Below the pieces are notes generated by a model that did not search any database, was not told the DNA's origin, and saw only the letters and a list, made by a program, of their open reading frames with translations. Source: Bispira polyomma (Eukaryota). Taken from it: a stretch of DNA of 64,000 nt. The position numbers and the translations under genes were made by a program. Below, piece after piece: positions 13,948-27,330 of this stretch (position 1 is its first letter; each line of letters opens with the position of its first letter). The stretch spans positions 40,176,001 to 40,240,000 of the forward strand of contig OZ287755.1 in assembly GCA_965649765.1 (NCBI GenBank). Direction: 5' to 3'.

Positions 13948-14809
13948 ATGCCTAAAGTTAAAGTATATGGCTGTAGCAAGTGTTGCACAAAGCACACTTG
14001 TCCGGTTGGCAGTAGATCTCAGGTTGTAATACCTGAAGATTCGGGTACAGATAGTGAGACAGTTGAGGATAGTTCGATTGGTGTTGACAGCTTAGCCGTG
14101 GTCTCGAGACAAATATTGTTACAGCTCCAGTCAATGGGCAAAATGATGGAGCGACTGGATAAGCGAGTGTCAGTCACAGAAACAGCTCTGGCTCTAGTGA
14201 AAATTCAGCAAGCTTGAATAAGGAAAGCTATGAAAATAATGCCAAAACTGTTGTACCAAGCATTCAGTTCTTGAAACAAAATTCCTCTATTCAAAGTCAG
14301 GTCGAGGCATAATTAGCAGAGCTGAAACATCTCAATGAGAACCCTTGCTAAGGGTAAGCTCAAATCACAGAGAGGTGGGGGTCTGATGTGTCTGAAGCGT
14401 GTCGTTGAATGGCCCCAAAACCATGTGCTTTCGGGAAATTTTAAGGCTAGGCCGTGTTACGATGATTTGACCATGGGGCAGTGGTTTTGTGGATTTATGT
14501 GCATAATTCAGGATAAAAAATCCTCTGAAACGAAAGAGATTATGCTCGATTATATGGCAGGACTCATGGAGGACTCTCAGGATTTTTCTTGGGAGGCCGA
14601 TAAGGCCTGCCATGCATTTGTACTTACGACCATGGAAATGGACAAACTGAAATGGAGCGATGTTGACAAGCTCGATCATCTTAGGCAGGCCTATGCTCAG
14701 AAACATGTTTCTGACAGTAACGGGTAACATGTTTTTTTAAACATGTATGTAAGACTTGTAATGGGGCTCATAAGAGTAGTAGCTGTAGCAAAAAGCCAGC
14801 AAAAACTAA
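13948..14809 (+). pseudogene. DIRS #1 gag-like ORF, disrupted
   Basis: ORFs 13948-14217 and 14335-14727 align with gag of element #2. Confidence 0.8.
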
Positions 14810-15462
14810 GGGGCCACTGCAGAAATGCAGTGTTGATATTAAAGTAATCAGGTTGATATTAAAGTAATCAGTTCTATGGCACTGATTTTCGGGATTTCCA
14901 TCTGCTCAACAAACCCAGTAGTGCTAACTTATGTAAATAAAACAGTAGTGGTAACAACTATAGCTACAGTGGGGTACTGCGAGATAATCAAATCAAAATA
15001 AAACCAATGCACATTGAGGTGCAGTGTGTAGTCAAAATAAAAGCGGAAATAGTGCACAACCACTTGTCAAGGCTAACAGAGCCAAAGCCACAAGTAGCCT
15101 TCTCACTGTTCCCTACAAGCTGACCTTGCATGGTACTACCCAGCACAAACGCAATACTAGTGTTGGGGGGAAAAGAACTGTACAGAGCAAGGCTGGTGTC
15201 ACAATTGGGAAGGGTGCCAAGAAGTGTAAGTACACAGAGGCTAAAGTCATAGACAATTCTTAAGGGGTGGCTGTAAAGAATAGGTTTCAAATACTACAAG
15301 AAATAGACAAAATTGGAAATGACAAAGAACCAATTGTGGGTTCTGTTGTAGGCAATCTCATAGCTAAAGCTAGTCGGGCCCAAACAATAGGAACCATAAA
15401 GATGGTTAAGGCGCTCAGAAATTGGTCACACTAGTAGTGGTATTGCAATTGAAAGTGCAAGT

Positions 15463-17141
15463 ATGGATAAATATGCTTTGGAACTTAAGCAAAAAGTAAA
15501 TAAGAGGGATCTTTTGGACAAGGCTAAAACTTGTGATACACACTGTGCTTGGCGGGAACAACATAAGGTGGGCTACAGCTTCACCCTATTGATGGATTTA
15601 GGCTGTCGAGTAAGCGACAGTGGTTCCACTAATTATAGTCCCGACATCTTAAAAATGCACAAGTTACTGCGTAAAGATGGTAGGCAAAACTTTAGAGGTT
15701 TGCATATTCCGGTAAGTTAACAGCTGAACTCTGACAAATGGGCTCAATATCTAACAAAATACTGGGACTGGCAACTCCCGCTATTGATCAAATATGGGTT
15801 TTCTCTTGATGTAAGACATGGAAATATCGATCAATCAGATGAAACCAACCATAAGTCGGCCAACGACTTTCCACAGCATGTGGACACATATCTTGCTGAG
15901 GAATGTAAGTTTAGTGCAATATTAGGCCTGTTTCAAAATCCTCCAATTAATAACATACATTTCTCTCCTATGATGACTCGAGCCAAGTCTAGTTGTGGTG
16001 ACAGAAAGGGTCATTTAAGATCTCAGCTGGCCTATTGACCAGTCTGTAAATGCAGGGGTGTTTGCCACTGAATATCTCGGTACTGAGTTTTTATTGTCCT
16101 ATCCTATTTTATTGTCGCGCATTTAGGCATGTGCCTATTGACCCTAGAGATGTCGATTTACTTGGTCTGAAGTCCTGGGTCCTATTTTCTGGACAGATCA
16201 CTCCAGTTTGGATACCAGAATTTCAGACACGGTCAAATACATAATGGCTCAAGAGGGTTTCCATATGCACGCTTATATTGTTGATTATCTATGTGTGGCG
16301 CTCCCTAGTAACATTGAGAAAATATATAACAGACTACAGGGTCTGTTGGCAGAATTGGGCCTGACTGTGAGTGCCAAGACACTTATACCATCTAGTACTG
16401 AGGTGGTCTGCCTGGGTATTTTGATAAATACTGAAACAAATTAAGACATTGTGCGAACAATGAAAAGGAAAAAATGTCTTCACAAACAGGGAACTACAGT
16501 CACTGCTTGGTTCCCTATTGTATGTATCAAAATATATTATGTACTCTTTTGTGTACCTGTAGCACATGTTGCAACTTCTTAGAGACAACTATAGTAAGAA
16601 GAAATTTCGTTCACAACTGAGTTTAGAAGAGATTTAAAATGGTTTACCACTTTTATGCAGTAGTTTAATGGTGTCAGTTTCTTTGCTCACAAACCAATAA
16701 CAGGGCCCAGGTTGAGCTGGATGCTTGCCTTAAGGGTATGGGAGGCATATATGCCGACCAGGTTTATAAACTTAACATCCCTATTGAAATGACCAACGAT
16801 AACATATCCTCCTTGAAAATGCTGAATATTTTGGTGGCCCTCAGAATCTGGGCCCATGTTTGGCATGGCAAATGGGTGCTGTTTAAATGTTGTTACTTAC
16901 TAGTGGTCGCACATAGGATCCTGTTTTGGCTACTTATTCTAGGAACATCTACATGGTAGCAAGCCAACATGATATTGACATTAAAGAAATTTATATTTTA
17001 GGAGTAAAGAATAAAGTCGCAGATTTGCTCTCTAGATGGGACAAAACCATGAAAAATTTTAAACTGCCGCATGAATAGGTGGGACCTGTCACATGGATTC
17101 CTACCCATGTAGGCCTCCTAAGAGTTGATACCAGTATATAG
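15463..17141 (+). pseudogene. DIRS #1 reverse transcriptase / RNase H, disrupted
   Basis: NHKSA, FSPMMTRAK, AFRHVPID, VVCLGILIN, DAC and NKVADLLSRW motifs spread across frames. Confidence 0.85.
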
Positions 17142-17177
17142 TGTATGTATAGCATATGTTGTGGTTTGTGTATATAG

Positions 17178-17936
17178 GTGAAAACCCTGTAAGACCCCTG
17201 CTGACCAAGTGGGCCTGTGGCAGGTTGCATACTGCTTTTGCTGCCTCTACCTGCAACCGTATAACAGCATGTTTAGTCTCTTCCTGGCCTTCACTATATT
17301 CATGAATTGTGTCTCCTGCTCAGATTTCCAACCACTTGTCAGCCATTAAGGCTAAGTTTACCATGTTTCACATGTCAATTGAGGTCTTTTCAGACCCCCG
17401 AATAACCTTTAACAACAAAGCACTTCTAGCGAACCAGCCTTTTAAGGCTAAATTAAAAAGTCTATTTGATATTCCCATTTTATTAGATTAAGATCATAAG
17501 TGTGAGTGTACCTACATAGGACAGATTTTCAAGGCAGTTTATCTAACCAGCTTCTTTAGTTTCCTTTGTCTTTCTAACTTATATTGGTCACTGTCATTAA
17601 AACAGCTTTAGCCCTTGCCCCCCCCCCCCCGGCCCAAATGCCCCTCTGTTTCAGTACAAGCTTAACTCCACCTGGGTCCCTCTGACCGACTCACGTGTAC
17701 ATCACCATTGTAAAAATTTCCTTTAGTTATTAAACTGAGAAGATTCAAACTTGACATTTCACGCTTTCCGACGTTCAGGTGCCACCTTTGTTTTAAATAA
17801 TAACGCCCGTCTTCAGGACATTCAGCATCACGGCACCTGGACGTCGGACTGCGTTTGGTGCTATATTGCAGATTTGGCGGAGGTAGGTACTCAGGTGGCT
17901 GACTCCTTTCAGGCGGCCTTACAACCTAAACACTAG
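17178..17936 (+). pseudogene. DIRS #1 tyrosine recombinase, internally deleted
   Basis: N-terminal A..RL..AF..ST; catalytic HxxR (HAFR), W (GTW) and Y at the C-terminus. Confidence 0.85.
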
Positions 17937-18619
17937 TTTGGTGTTTGGTGGTTTAGGACACTCCGTGTCCCCTGTTTAGAATTTCAAATGTCTATAAAAC
18001 TAAATAGTCAGAAATTGTACCTAAATCTTGAGCTGACTTGGTGTATCTTGAAACTTAAGTATTTTAAAGAAGGAACTTCTAAAGAGAGACTATTCTATTA
18101 TTTTGTTGTTATATTGAGAAACACTATATTTTACAACTTATGATTATTGTACTGGTCATCTGTACATTAACTTCAACTTTATAAGGATGTTCAAAGCAAA
18201 TATTCTATTGATTGGTCTGGTCTAACTGAACTGTTTTCACCAATGAATCAATAATATTTAACTGTGTGTAAAAGCAATGATAATACACATATGTCACTGA
18301 AAAGCCTTCAGTTTGTGTAACTTTCTGAACATTCCTTATCAAAACTTTCGCAGGTTAATAATTAATATCAGCACTCACTACTTTAAAATTTTTAATTTGT
18401 ACATAGCTAACCCCTTGGGCGATTTGGCGGGAATAGCCAATGGCAATTAGAGTCATTCTGACCAGAATAGTTTTTTAAAAGTCCCTATCTAGCACTGACC
18501 CTACTAGCCCATTCGGGCTACCTTGCCAACATTTATCCAGGACCAATTAAAAATATTGCGATAGTGTTTGGTGGTGCAATGTTTGTTATTTGCTGACCTA
18601 AAAGCTTCTATCCTCAATA

Positions 18620-19950
18620 GCCATGACAATAAACTCAACAGCCGTGGTAGTAAGATCACTATTCATGGTAGTAGGATCAAATAGCCATGGTAGTAAGCTT
18701 AACAGCCGTGGTAGTAAGCTCACTATCCATGCTAGTAAGTTCAATAGCCATGGTAGTAAGTTGCATAACCATGGTTGTAAGATCAATAGCCATGGTAGTA
18801 AACTCAATAGCTGTTGTAGTAAGCTCAATTGATATGGTAGTAAGCTCAATAGCCATAGTAGTAAGCTCGATACCTGTGGTAGTAAGCTCAATAGCCGTGG
18901 TAGTAAGCTCAATAGCCATAGTAGTAATCTCACTACTGGTGTTTTTTTGCGAATACTACCAACACTACTGGGGTTTTCCCACCAATATTACCAAAATAAA
19001 GTTAATGTTTTATGGTCAAAGCCAAAATATTGAGTTTTAGACTGACAACCTTACTAAAAATATCACCCCACTAACACTGACAAAAAACATTACTACTGTG
19101 GTGCTGTTACTTTTCATAAAAAAGTACAAAATACGGTAAATTTACAAGATGTTTTGGGTAAGGTATAAAATATATCAGTGTGATGTAACTTTATCTTTAA
19201 ACCATTTACTTACTTTTGCCTCTGACTGAAATGGTAGATAAAACAAAGTAACCAGTTAGATATGCTGTCCTAATGCTTTCATCCTAAAATATGTATTCTA
19301 TGTTTGTAATCTTGTGATTTACTGCTCCCCAATTCTCTTGAATACTACGACCTATAAAGATATATATTGCTATGGACTAATGATAAATTATGTCTGAAAT
19401 TATTATTATTATTAATGATGGTAAACTAAATAACCATGATAATAAGCTCAATAGCCATGATTATAAGCTCAATAGCCGTGGTAGTAATTTCAATAGCTAT
19501 GATGGTAAGCTCACTAACCATGATAATAAGCTCAATAGCAATGATTATAACCTCAATTATGTATTGCAGTGAAAAACTACAATTTTTTCATGTTTAGTGT
19601 AAATCTTGTTTGAATAAATAAACAACAACAAATAACTTTATACAAGCAGCTGATAACAATGAGAGTTAGAAATTAATTCGATAATAGCATAATCGCCATT
19701 TAAATTATTTCTTATATCTATGTATTCCACTTAATATCCATTAAAATTATAATTAAAATCAATGATTTAAATCAATTGATTTAAATCAAACAACACTGTA
19801 CCTATGATGGTAAGCTCAATAACCATGATTATAAGCTCAATAGCAATGGCAGTAAGCTCAAAACCATGATTGTAACCTCAATAGCCATGGCTTTAGGCTG
19901 AATAGCCGTGGTAGTAAGCTGAATAATCATAGTTGTAAGCTAAATAGCCG
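18620..19950. repeat. 21-bp minisatellite (GTAGTAAGCTCAATAGCCATG), three interrupted blocks
   Basis: Blocks at ~18620-18925, 19415-19560 and 19803-19950; gives spurious periodic ORFs. Confidence 0.9.
19214..19282 (-). pseudogene. Orphan type A signal-peptide exon with in-frame stop
   Basis: MKALGQHI*LVTLFYLPFQSEAK|gtaagt; flanks homologous to ~25120-25535. Confidence 0.8.
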
Positions 19951-20135
19951 TATATGACATTGTTGTAAGCAAATAGCTGTATATGACATTGACTTTATGT
20001 ACACACATTTTAATAGTTATCATACAAAGGAACACAATATAGTAATGCATCATGTATTTCACCATTGATTGCAAATTTGAAATTACAATATCACATATCT
20101 GACGGTCAAATAATTTCATCCAAAAATTTTTTATT

Positions 20136-23100
20136 TTAAGTTGATAAACCTATCAAAAACCCATAAAATGTAGATTGGATGTCATTCATGTTTCCCGTTG
20201 CTTTAGCTACAGCGGTTCCAGTTAGGTGACTACTGCGCAGCCACACACGACTTCCGGCTGAGCACTCTATTATCAGAACATTGGTGCCTTGATCCCAGCC
20301 TTTTCCACTGGCTGTGGCTGTCGCGTATGCGTCATTGTTGATCATAATCTGAGGAACCACATGCTGTCAAGGCAATAATGCAAGAGAAAATATTATCATT
20401 ATTTGTTTATTTAACATACTCTATATAGAAAAAATGTTTACACATAAATATAATTCAGTTAATTTAGCAAATAAAAAAAGTAAATATATTACAAATTTAG
20501 TTTACAGAACTTTATAACATAAAGACAAAGGCAGTACATAAAGTATTATGATGTACACATATATTCCGGCATATACGTATTTTATCAAATGTTCTACCAC
20601 AATCTCTAGCATGTTTAGAAGTTTTTAACACCCTACATAGGACACTCAGTAGAGCCTAATCGCTCCACACTGGTCCCAGATTTTTTAGGTTATTACACAA
20701 TGTTTCTGTTAGTCTTTAAAAAATAATGAGGCTACAATACTAAATTTTTTACTGCAATATCATTCATCTATCACCTCCAAAATAAAGGTTTTACATAAAC
20801 TAAACCCCAGTATAGTTCCCCACCTCCCTAAAAGTGTCTTTGTCAACAGATCACACAACCAGCTATGACATTTTGCCCTGATTATTCTGATTGCTAAGGT
20901 TGCCCTCTAGTTATTATGGCTTTAAGACATCAAGGAGGTGGGGGGGGGGGGGGGGGGTCCCAAAAGTTCTTATTAAAACTGAAGTAAACTCAGACATACT
21001 CGCTAGTGTGACAACAGTCATATATGAAAGTTGGACTAAATGTTTGCTATGAACTATCCTAGTTTGTGCAACTTGGGGCAATCCTAGTTATTATTCTTGA
21101 AAACAACAAAAACAGAATATACAGCCCACTGAGGTCCAAGAGTGTGGATCACTGAAGTAAGTTTTACTATGATACATACATGCACATTATACACAGGTAC
21201 CCAAAAGAGATCAATATCAGAGTGACCATAAGGACAAAACTCTAAAGAAATGAAGAAAAATTTATGACTGGAAATGATTCAGCTTATTTCTAAAAGGTTA
21301 TAATCTACTGACAGTTCTAATGTAATGTAATGCAGAATATTTAACAGAGTACAGTCCCCATCACAGGAAAAATCACTGTCGTATTGAGCTTTGGACCTAT
21401 GAGTTTAGGACCAATGTGTTTAGGGTTCATGTGTTGTGATCTACAGATATTTATTGCTAGGATCAGCATGTCTACTATTTGACAAACAAGATGTACAAGA
21501 AATACTGTAATAAATCCCACATTTTGAGCTATGCTTGATTCCTTTTCTTGACAAATGAAAAGAACTGCCCTTACATTACATGATATATGTCCATGTATTT
21601 GATGTGTTACTTGAATGACATATAGACCCTATATCTTCACCTATTAAACTTGGAGTACCAACACAAAATACATTTTTTGTGAAAAAGGTATATCTTTATC
21701 TAAGCTATTTTTCTGCATAAACGCACATTGTTCTAGGTTCATAGAAAACAACTGGAAATACAGCTTTAATAATGTGTAAAATCTGGTGTATATCAGTTGT
21801 ATAACTAATCCTAATTTATTGTGTAAATTTAATGCAATAAATAGGTTAGAAAATGTGTGATAAACCAATATAAAGATTATTCACCATTGTGAAATGGCTA
21901 TATCATGTGTCATTTTATAACGTTTTATTGCAGCAAATACAATATGTTGGCTTTTAACTTTTCACTATTTTTATGAACAAAGAACTCTGGGATGATTTGG
22001 AATGCATTTTTAATCAGCCAAGGAAAAAAATGTTACCCCAGGGCTGTGTTTTGCCTTACATATCATTTCTAAGATGGTGGGCCTTTTTCAAAAAGAAAAC
22101 ATGTACAATATTGGTTGTTGTAAAAAAGCTTGACAAGGTGACTCTCACAGTATATTCGTAATTTAAACATAGTTTGGGTATAGAGCATAATATATTCACA
22201 TATTTGAAAAGAGTGATGTATAATATTGTATGGTCTAACAGTGAAATATGTCACACTCTGTTTTGATGTTCAATGTGACATATTTGTAATGGTAACCTGG
22301 TTGGAAGCAATTGATCCGAGTATATAGTGGCCATATCAACGTTTCACACTGTGCACCTGTGTCTTTTTTTTAAAAGGACAGCTCTTGTTTGATTAAGCGG
22401 AAAAAAATGTTTTCTTTTTATTGCCATGCTGGAGAGTCACAACTTCGACTGGGACACTGTAATCTGGTTAACATGCTGTTTTTTAACATGCCATGTGCCC
22501 ATGTGTCTGCCAATCAAAATGGAGGATTTGTATGCAATGATGTTTTAATGCCACCTACATTATTATCATAAGTCATCATAGACACGCCGAAGAAGTAGAG
22601 TCCAGTACAGGGCAGGTAAACTCCCCGGAACTGGTTGAGTAATGGTCACCATAGTTTGTCAGTACAGAGTTAAACACAATTGGGTCACCCTCAGGACACA
22701 ACAAGTCACTACCTGGGTAGGCGGTAAAGGCCACATATTGTTTCTGCACTGCAAATATATGTGATTAAAGGTCTCTAGATAGAGAAAATGTGTATAGTTT
22801 TGCATCTGTGTACAGTCTTGTACTTGAGTATGTTAGTATCTAGGCCTTGATCAGAACATAACAACAGACCACATCTACAATTGACAACAGACTATTTGCA
22901 TATAATATATATTTCCTGCAAACATTTAACAATAACACAAAACAACAACCACCTTTGCTGTTTCACATGTGAGTTTGATAAAGGAAAGCAGTGCATATAT
23001 ATTAAGTGTCCATTACTAAACAAAGTTTCCTATTCATGGTTTCCTGTGGTTGAGTGGTTAGGGAGTTGGTCTGGTGATCAAAAGGTCCCCAGTTCAACTC

Positions 23101-25452
23101 CTAGTGGGGATTTCGGTTGGTCTGATGATCATAAGGTGCTCGATTCGACAACTGCTATACTGCTAGGTTAAATGCTGGGCAAGATGTGAACATAATGACT
23201 GAGGCTATGTTATAGGCCACATGATTGGTTGATTGATTCAGTTGGTGAGCTTTAAAAGATGGCTCGCATCAATAAAGTGTGTTAAAATATAAACTACAAT
23301 ACAATATTCTACAATTGTCATCAGTCTTTTGGTTCTAAGAATGCTAATAAGTGTAATTTTTCATTTATACCTGAAACTCTATGCTCATATGCTGGTCCAT
23401 CCCAGGTGAGATTGTCAGCCTAAACATTTAAACTCTAACCAATGAGAATAAAACTGGTGCAAACTATTTTGTTTATAACCAATTATATTATCCAAATATG
23501 AAAATCATTTACATAATATTTAAAACAAATGTGATCACAAGTTATGGCTGGTTGCATTAAGCTGGAGGTTAAATTAAACCAAAGTGAGAACTTGATTTAC
23601 AGTGAAGCTTATTAAATATACATGTAAGTCTTTATAAAATATTACATAAAATCTACATTCACTTTGTAGTTAAATATGTATACAGTATATCACTGAAATA
23701 CTCATCACTGTCACTATGAAACATCATTAGTTCATACACATTTCATATTTTTCCCTGAAAAGTGAAGATTTTTTAAATGTTTATTCTATAGCACAGCCTT
23801 ATAACTGTAATACAGTACATATTGTAGTATTGATAAATAGCAACTAACCAAGAGCTTTTAAAGTTGTGATTTCTTGATGATACTTCTCATCCAGTTTAGT
23901 CAAGAGTTTTTCCAGGATTTCATACTTCTCATTTAGTTCGATCAACTGACTTTCTACTTCCTCTGTTGTCTAAGTAGGGATATAATACAGCAGAAGTTTT
24001 ATTATTCAAAGTTCTGTTATCCGAATATTTGATTCTATGAGCACAAATTTCCCCCAAAATTGCTTTATACATAGTATATACTCAGTACAGTATTTTGTAA
24101 GTGTGAATTTATTTGGGTTTGTACATCCATTTCAACAGCTCAGGGCACATGACGATGGCCAGATTTAATTGTGAAAGAAACTAGTGCTGAATGACTGTAA
24201 ATAACCAAACCAACCCGGCAAGTACTTTACAAACTTTCCCACACGAAGGAACAAGAAGTATTCAAACCCTCATTGGTGAGAGGCCAGGGATTGTGAAGCA
24301 GGCACTTCTAACAACAAGGCCATGGGAACCGACCCTGGGCATTGGGACTCAAAATGCCACTTGGCCTGATTTTGTGCCACTGATAGGCACCACTAACTGG
24401 CATGTCCATAACTGAAGAAAGAGTAGCATAAGGATAACTGCTACTTTGCCTGTTTTTGTGACTGCCATCGACCGGCACCACTAATTGGCATGCCCATAAC
24501 TAAAGAAAGAGTAGCATAACGATAACCATTTCATTCTTCGTCCCCAAGGTTTTTCATGGGGACAGGATCCAATGACAGAGATCTGCCATGTGGAAGGGTC
24601 ATCTGTGGCACTATTTATCTGCTTATATCTTAGAGCCCCATGTTGTGTTCAAACCGAGGATCTCTGTAGCCCACAGTGGGTGTGTTTCCATCTAGTGACA
24701 TGACCATCTTAGAGCCGCATGTTGTGTTCAAACCGAGGGTCTCTGTAGCCCACAGTGGGTATGTTTCCATCTAGTGACATGACTTTTTTATTTTTTACAA
24801 AGCTTGTACTTGTGACATTTTAGCACAAACATTTATTGACATATTCACTTGCACACGTTGCCTGGTCATGAATTCTTAATATTCACATATTTGTATTAAT
24901 TTTCTAAATATTATATTACTTTAGGTTGTTACAATAGCTACCCATGCTAATGCTTAATTAATCTTATGATATTTTTTTAACAAATTTTGGAAATTTGTGT
25001 AAATTTTGAAGGCGCAGGGGCAATATTTTGAGTTTTAACAAATGAGATTTGTTCAAATTCTGGTTTCTCTTCCAAAATGTTTAAGTTGAGTATTATTTGG
25101 CACTTATTATAGTTTTTCACCAACACTAATGGGTTTTCTTCCCGCCAACACTACCAATATTTAAGTCAATGTACTGTGGTCAAAACCAAAATATTGAGTT
25201 TCAAACTGACAACAGTACTAAAAATATAACCCCACTAACACTGACAATAATAAAACATTATTACTCTGGTACTAATACTTTTTCGTAAAAAAGTACACGA
25301 TGCAGTCTATTTTTCAAGACCTTTTGTGTAAGGTATAAAAAAAATCAGAGTGATGTAGCTTTATCTTTAAACCATTTACTTACTTTTGCCTCTGTCGCAA
25401 ATGGTAGAAAAAACAAAGTAACCAGTAAAATGTGCTGTTGTAATGCTTTCAT
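20136..25452 (-). pseudogene. C1qDC type A copy A2; exons 25452-25384, 23969-23849, 22748-22559, 20363-20136; one 1-nt deletion in exon 3
   Basis: MKALQQHILLVTLFFLPFATEAK / coiled coil / VQKQYVAFTAY...FTCPV(fs)GLYFF / HVVPQ...FYGFLIGLST*. All introns GT-AG, phases 0,1,0. Exon 3 is 190 nt versus 191 in intact copies. Confidence 0.85.
24104..24330 (-). mobile_element. tRNA-derived SINE family 2 (equivalent copy at ~59540-59765)
   Basis: Reverse complement resembles 26091-26348 (CTTCACAATC.CTGG.CTCTCAC, GTGGGAAAG, GGA.GT..AA..CCAAAT). Confidence 0.7.
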
Positions 25453-26090
25453 CCTGAAATATTGTATTCTATGATTGTGATCTTGTGATTGACTGCTCTC
25501 CAATTCTCGTGAATACTACGACCTGTAAAGATATGTGCAGTACAAAGAAATTAATGTTACCTATGTGATAAGACATATTGTTGCTGTGTAGAGGAGTAAC
25601 ATTAACTATCGATAAAGCCAGTAGCATTGAATTTTATATGTACAGCAGTGTAAGTGTATAAATTATGATATGTACAAAGGAATGAATGTTATCTATGTGA
25701 AAAGACATGTGGTGGTTGCTGTGTTAGGTGTAACATTTCCATTGATAAAGCAAACAGCGCTGAATTTTAGTTGTACATCAGTGATGGTAAAATATATCAT
25801 ACCTTTTGACAAGATGTCAGTTTGATATTTATCACAAGGGTGATATATGTGACAGGAAACAATTTTTTTTAAAACTATAATATCACTCTCTATTATCCGA
25901 TGTGCATACAGTGTACACTTTAATGTGGTATCCTTAACAAAGAAACATTTTCCTTTAAGAAAACAAACTGAGATCAATTGCATAAGTTTAGAAAATTGAT
26001 GAATAATATCACCTGTAAAACATTATGCAAGTATCTGTATAACATAAATAATTTTATCAGTCAAATAATACATTTAAATGGCACAATGTT

Positions 26091-26348
26091 TGGGGCCGCG
26101 GTGGCCTAGTGGTTAGCATGCATTGCGCTTCACAATCACTGGTCTCTCACTTCTGGGCAGCGTGAGTTCAAATCCCGTCGATGCCTATGTGGGAAAGGTG
26201 GTACTTCCTTACTGTGGGCCGCTGGTTTCAGTGCAGAACCTTGACCGACTGTATGCAGTGTTTCCTCCAGCGTTTCCAACTACCTGTCCCAATATAACCT
26301 ACTAAAAGGTACTAGAGTGGACGTTAAATATCCAAATTCAAATTCAAG
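26091..26348 (+). mobile_element. tRNA-derived SINE family 2, full length
   Basis: A box TGGCCTAGTGG, B box GAGTTCAAATCCC, GTTTCCTCC motif, (TCAAAT)n tail, ATGTT on both flanks; absent at the equivalent site near 10230. Confidence 0.85.
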
Positions 26349-27096
26349 TATGTTGGAGAAGGCCATCGCTCTGTCTAACCATGATCTTAACCACACAGAA
26401 TTCTATTTGTTATTGCTTCTGGAAGGCTACTTCATTTAGGTGGCCCAACTTCAATTTCATTAGTTCACATCATTGGTGTTTTTGAAGGGACAACATTCCG
26501 GAGCTAACTAATTGTTCAAGTATTAACATTGAAGACAAAAATGTATTGTCATTTAAACAAAATTATCGTGTGAGCTGATACAGACATGCTTTTTTATTTA
26601 AGGAGTTTTTATAGATATCTTATATACTTTTGAATGTTTACTTGTTGCTTATTAATCTGCAGAAGTTTTAAGAAGATGTCATTGAATTTTTCTCATCAAC
26701 TTACACTTGGTTTGCTCACTTTGAGGGCTGTATCTATTTCTAGTGATCCTGCTGTCATCTATGTCAAACAAACAAATGAGCTAAATAGTTTAAGTGTTGT
26801 ATTATGTTTTTAGTACAAACATTGAATTTTCTATTGTACTTTTCAACAATGTTAAGCATTCATAATACTTTTTTGATAATGTTAAAGTTGGTACTTCCAT
26901 ATTGGTGTATGTTTGGTGGGGGACATACTTTCGGTATTTCGGTATTTAATTTAATATCATGACTCTGTGACCTACGGTTATGAATAATAAATAGCAGAGA
27001 AAAAAATGGCCATATTATTACTTTTATTGGCTTTCTTACATTTTTCTTTCCATGTAAATATGATCAAATGACCAGATTTACAGCCCAATGCAGCTG

Positions 27097-27330
27097 TTAT
27101 GCTGAAGTAGATAAAGCTATTAAAAATCCATAGAAGGAACTCTGAACATCAGTCATATCCTCAGCAGCATGAGCCACCAAATACCCGGAATTCAAACTAC
27201 TGAGCAGCCACACTTCACTTCCTTCTGTACACTCAGTTATAAAAGTATTAGTACCATGGTTCAAACCATTTGAACCTGCTGTTGCTGATGTATATCCATC
27301 ATTATTAATCATAATTTGTGGGGCAACATA
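27097..27330 (-). CDS. B2 exon 4 (C1q C-half)
   Basis: ttttag acceptor; ends FYGFLIALSTSA-TAA. Confidence 0.92.
   Translation of the reverse strand, partial: YVAPQIMINNDGYTSATAGSNGLNHGTNTFITECTEGSEVWLLSSLNSGYLVAHAAEDMTDVQSSFYGFLIALSTSA

Larger units (their letters stand above)
13500..18000 (+). mobile_element. DIRS-like tyrosine-recombinase retrotransposon #1, degenerate; ends approximate
   Basis: gag (CSKCCTKHTCPVG; VEWPQNHVL...YDDLTMGQW...DFSW), RT (RAFRHVPIDP, YIVDY from YIDD), RNase H (ELDACL), YR (FHAFRRSGA...HGTWTSDCVWCY); many stops and frameshifts. Confidence 0.9.

Noticed and set aside
18598-19040. Periodic ORFs (SKLNSHG, MAIELTT) as repeat proteins; also 43336-44074
   Set aside because: A stop-free 21-bp minisatellite gives ORFs in several frames on both strands; no splice or start context.
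26091-26180. tRNA gene
   Set aside because: A and B boxes are present, but the arm region is too long and runs into a SINE body and tail; the equivalent site in unit 1 is empty.
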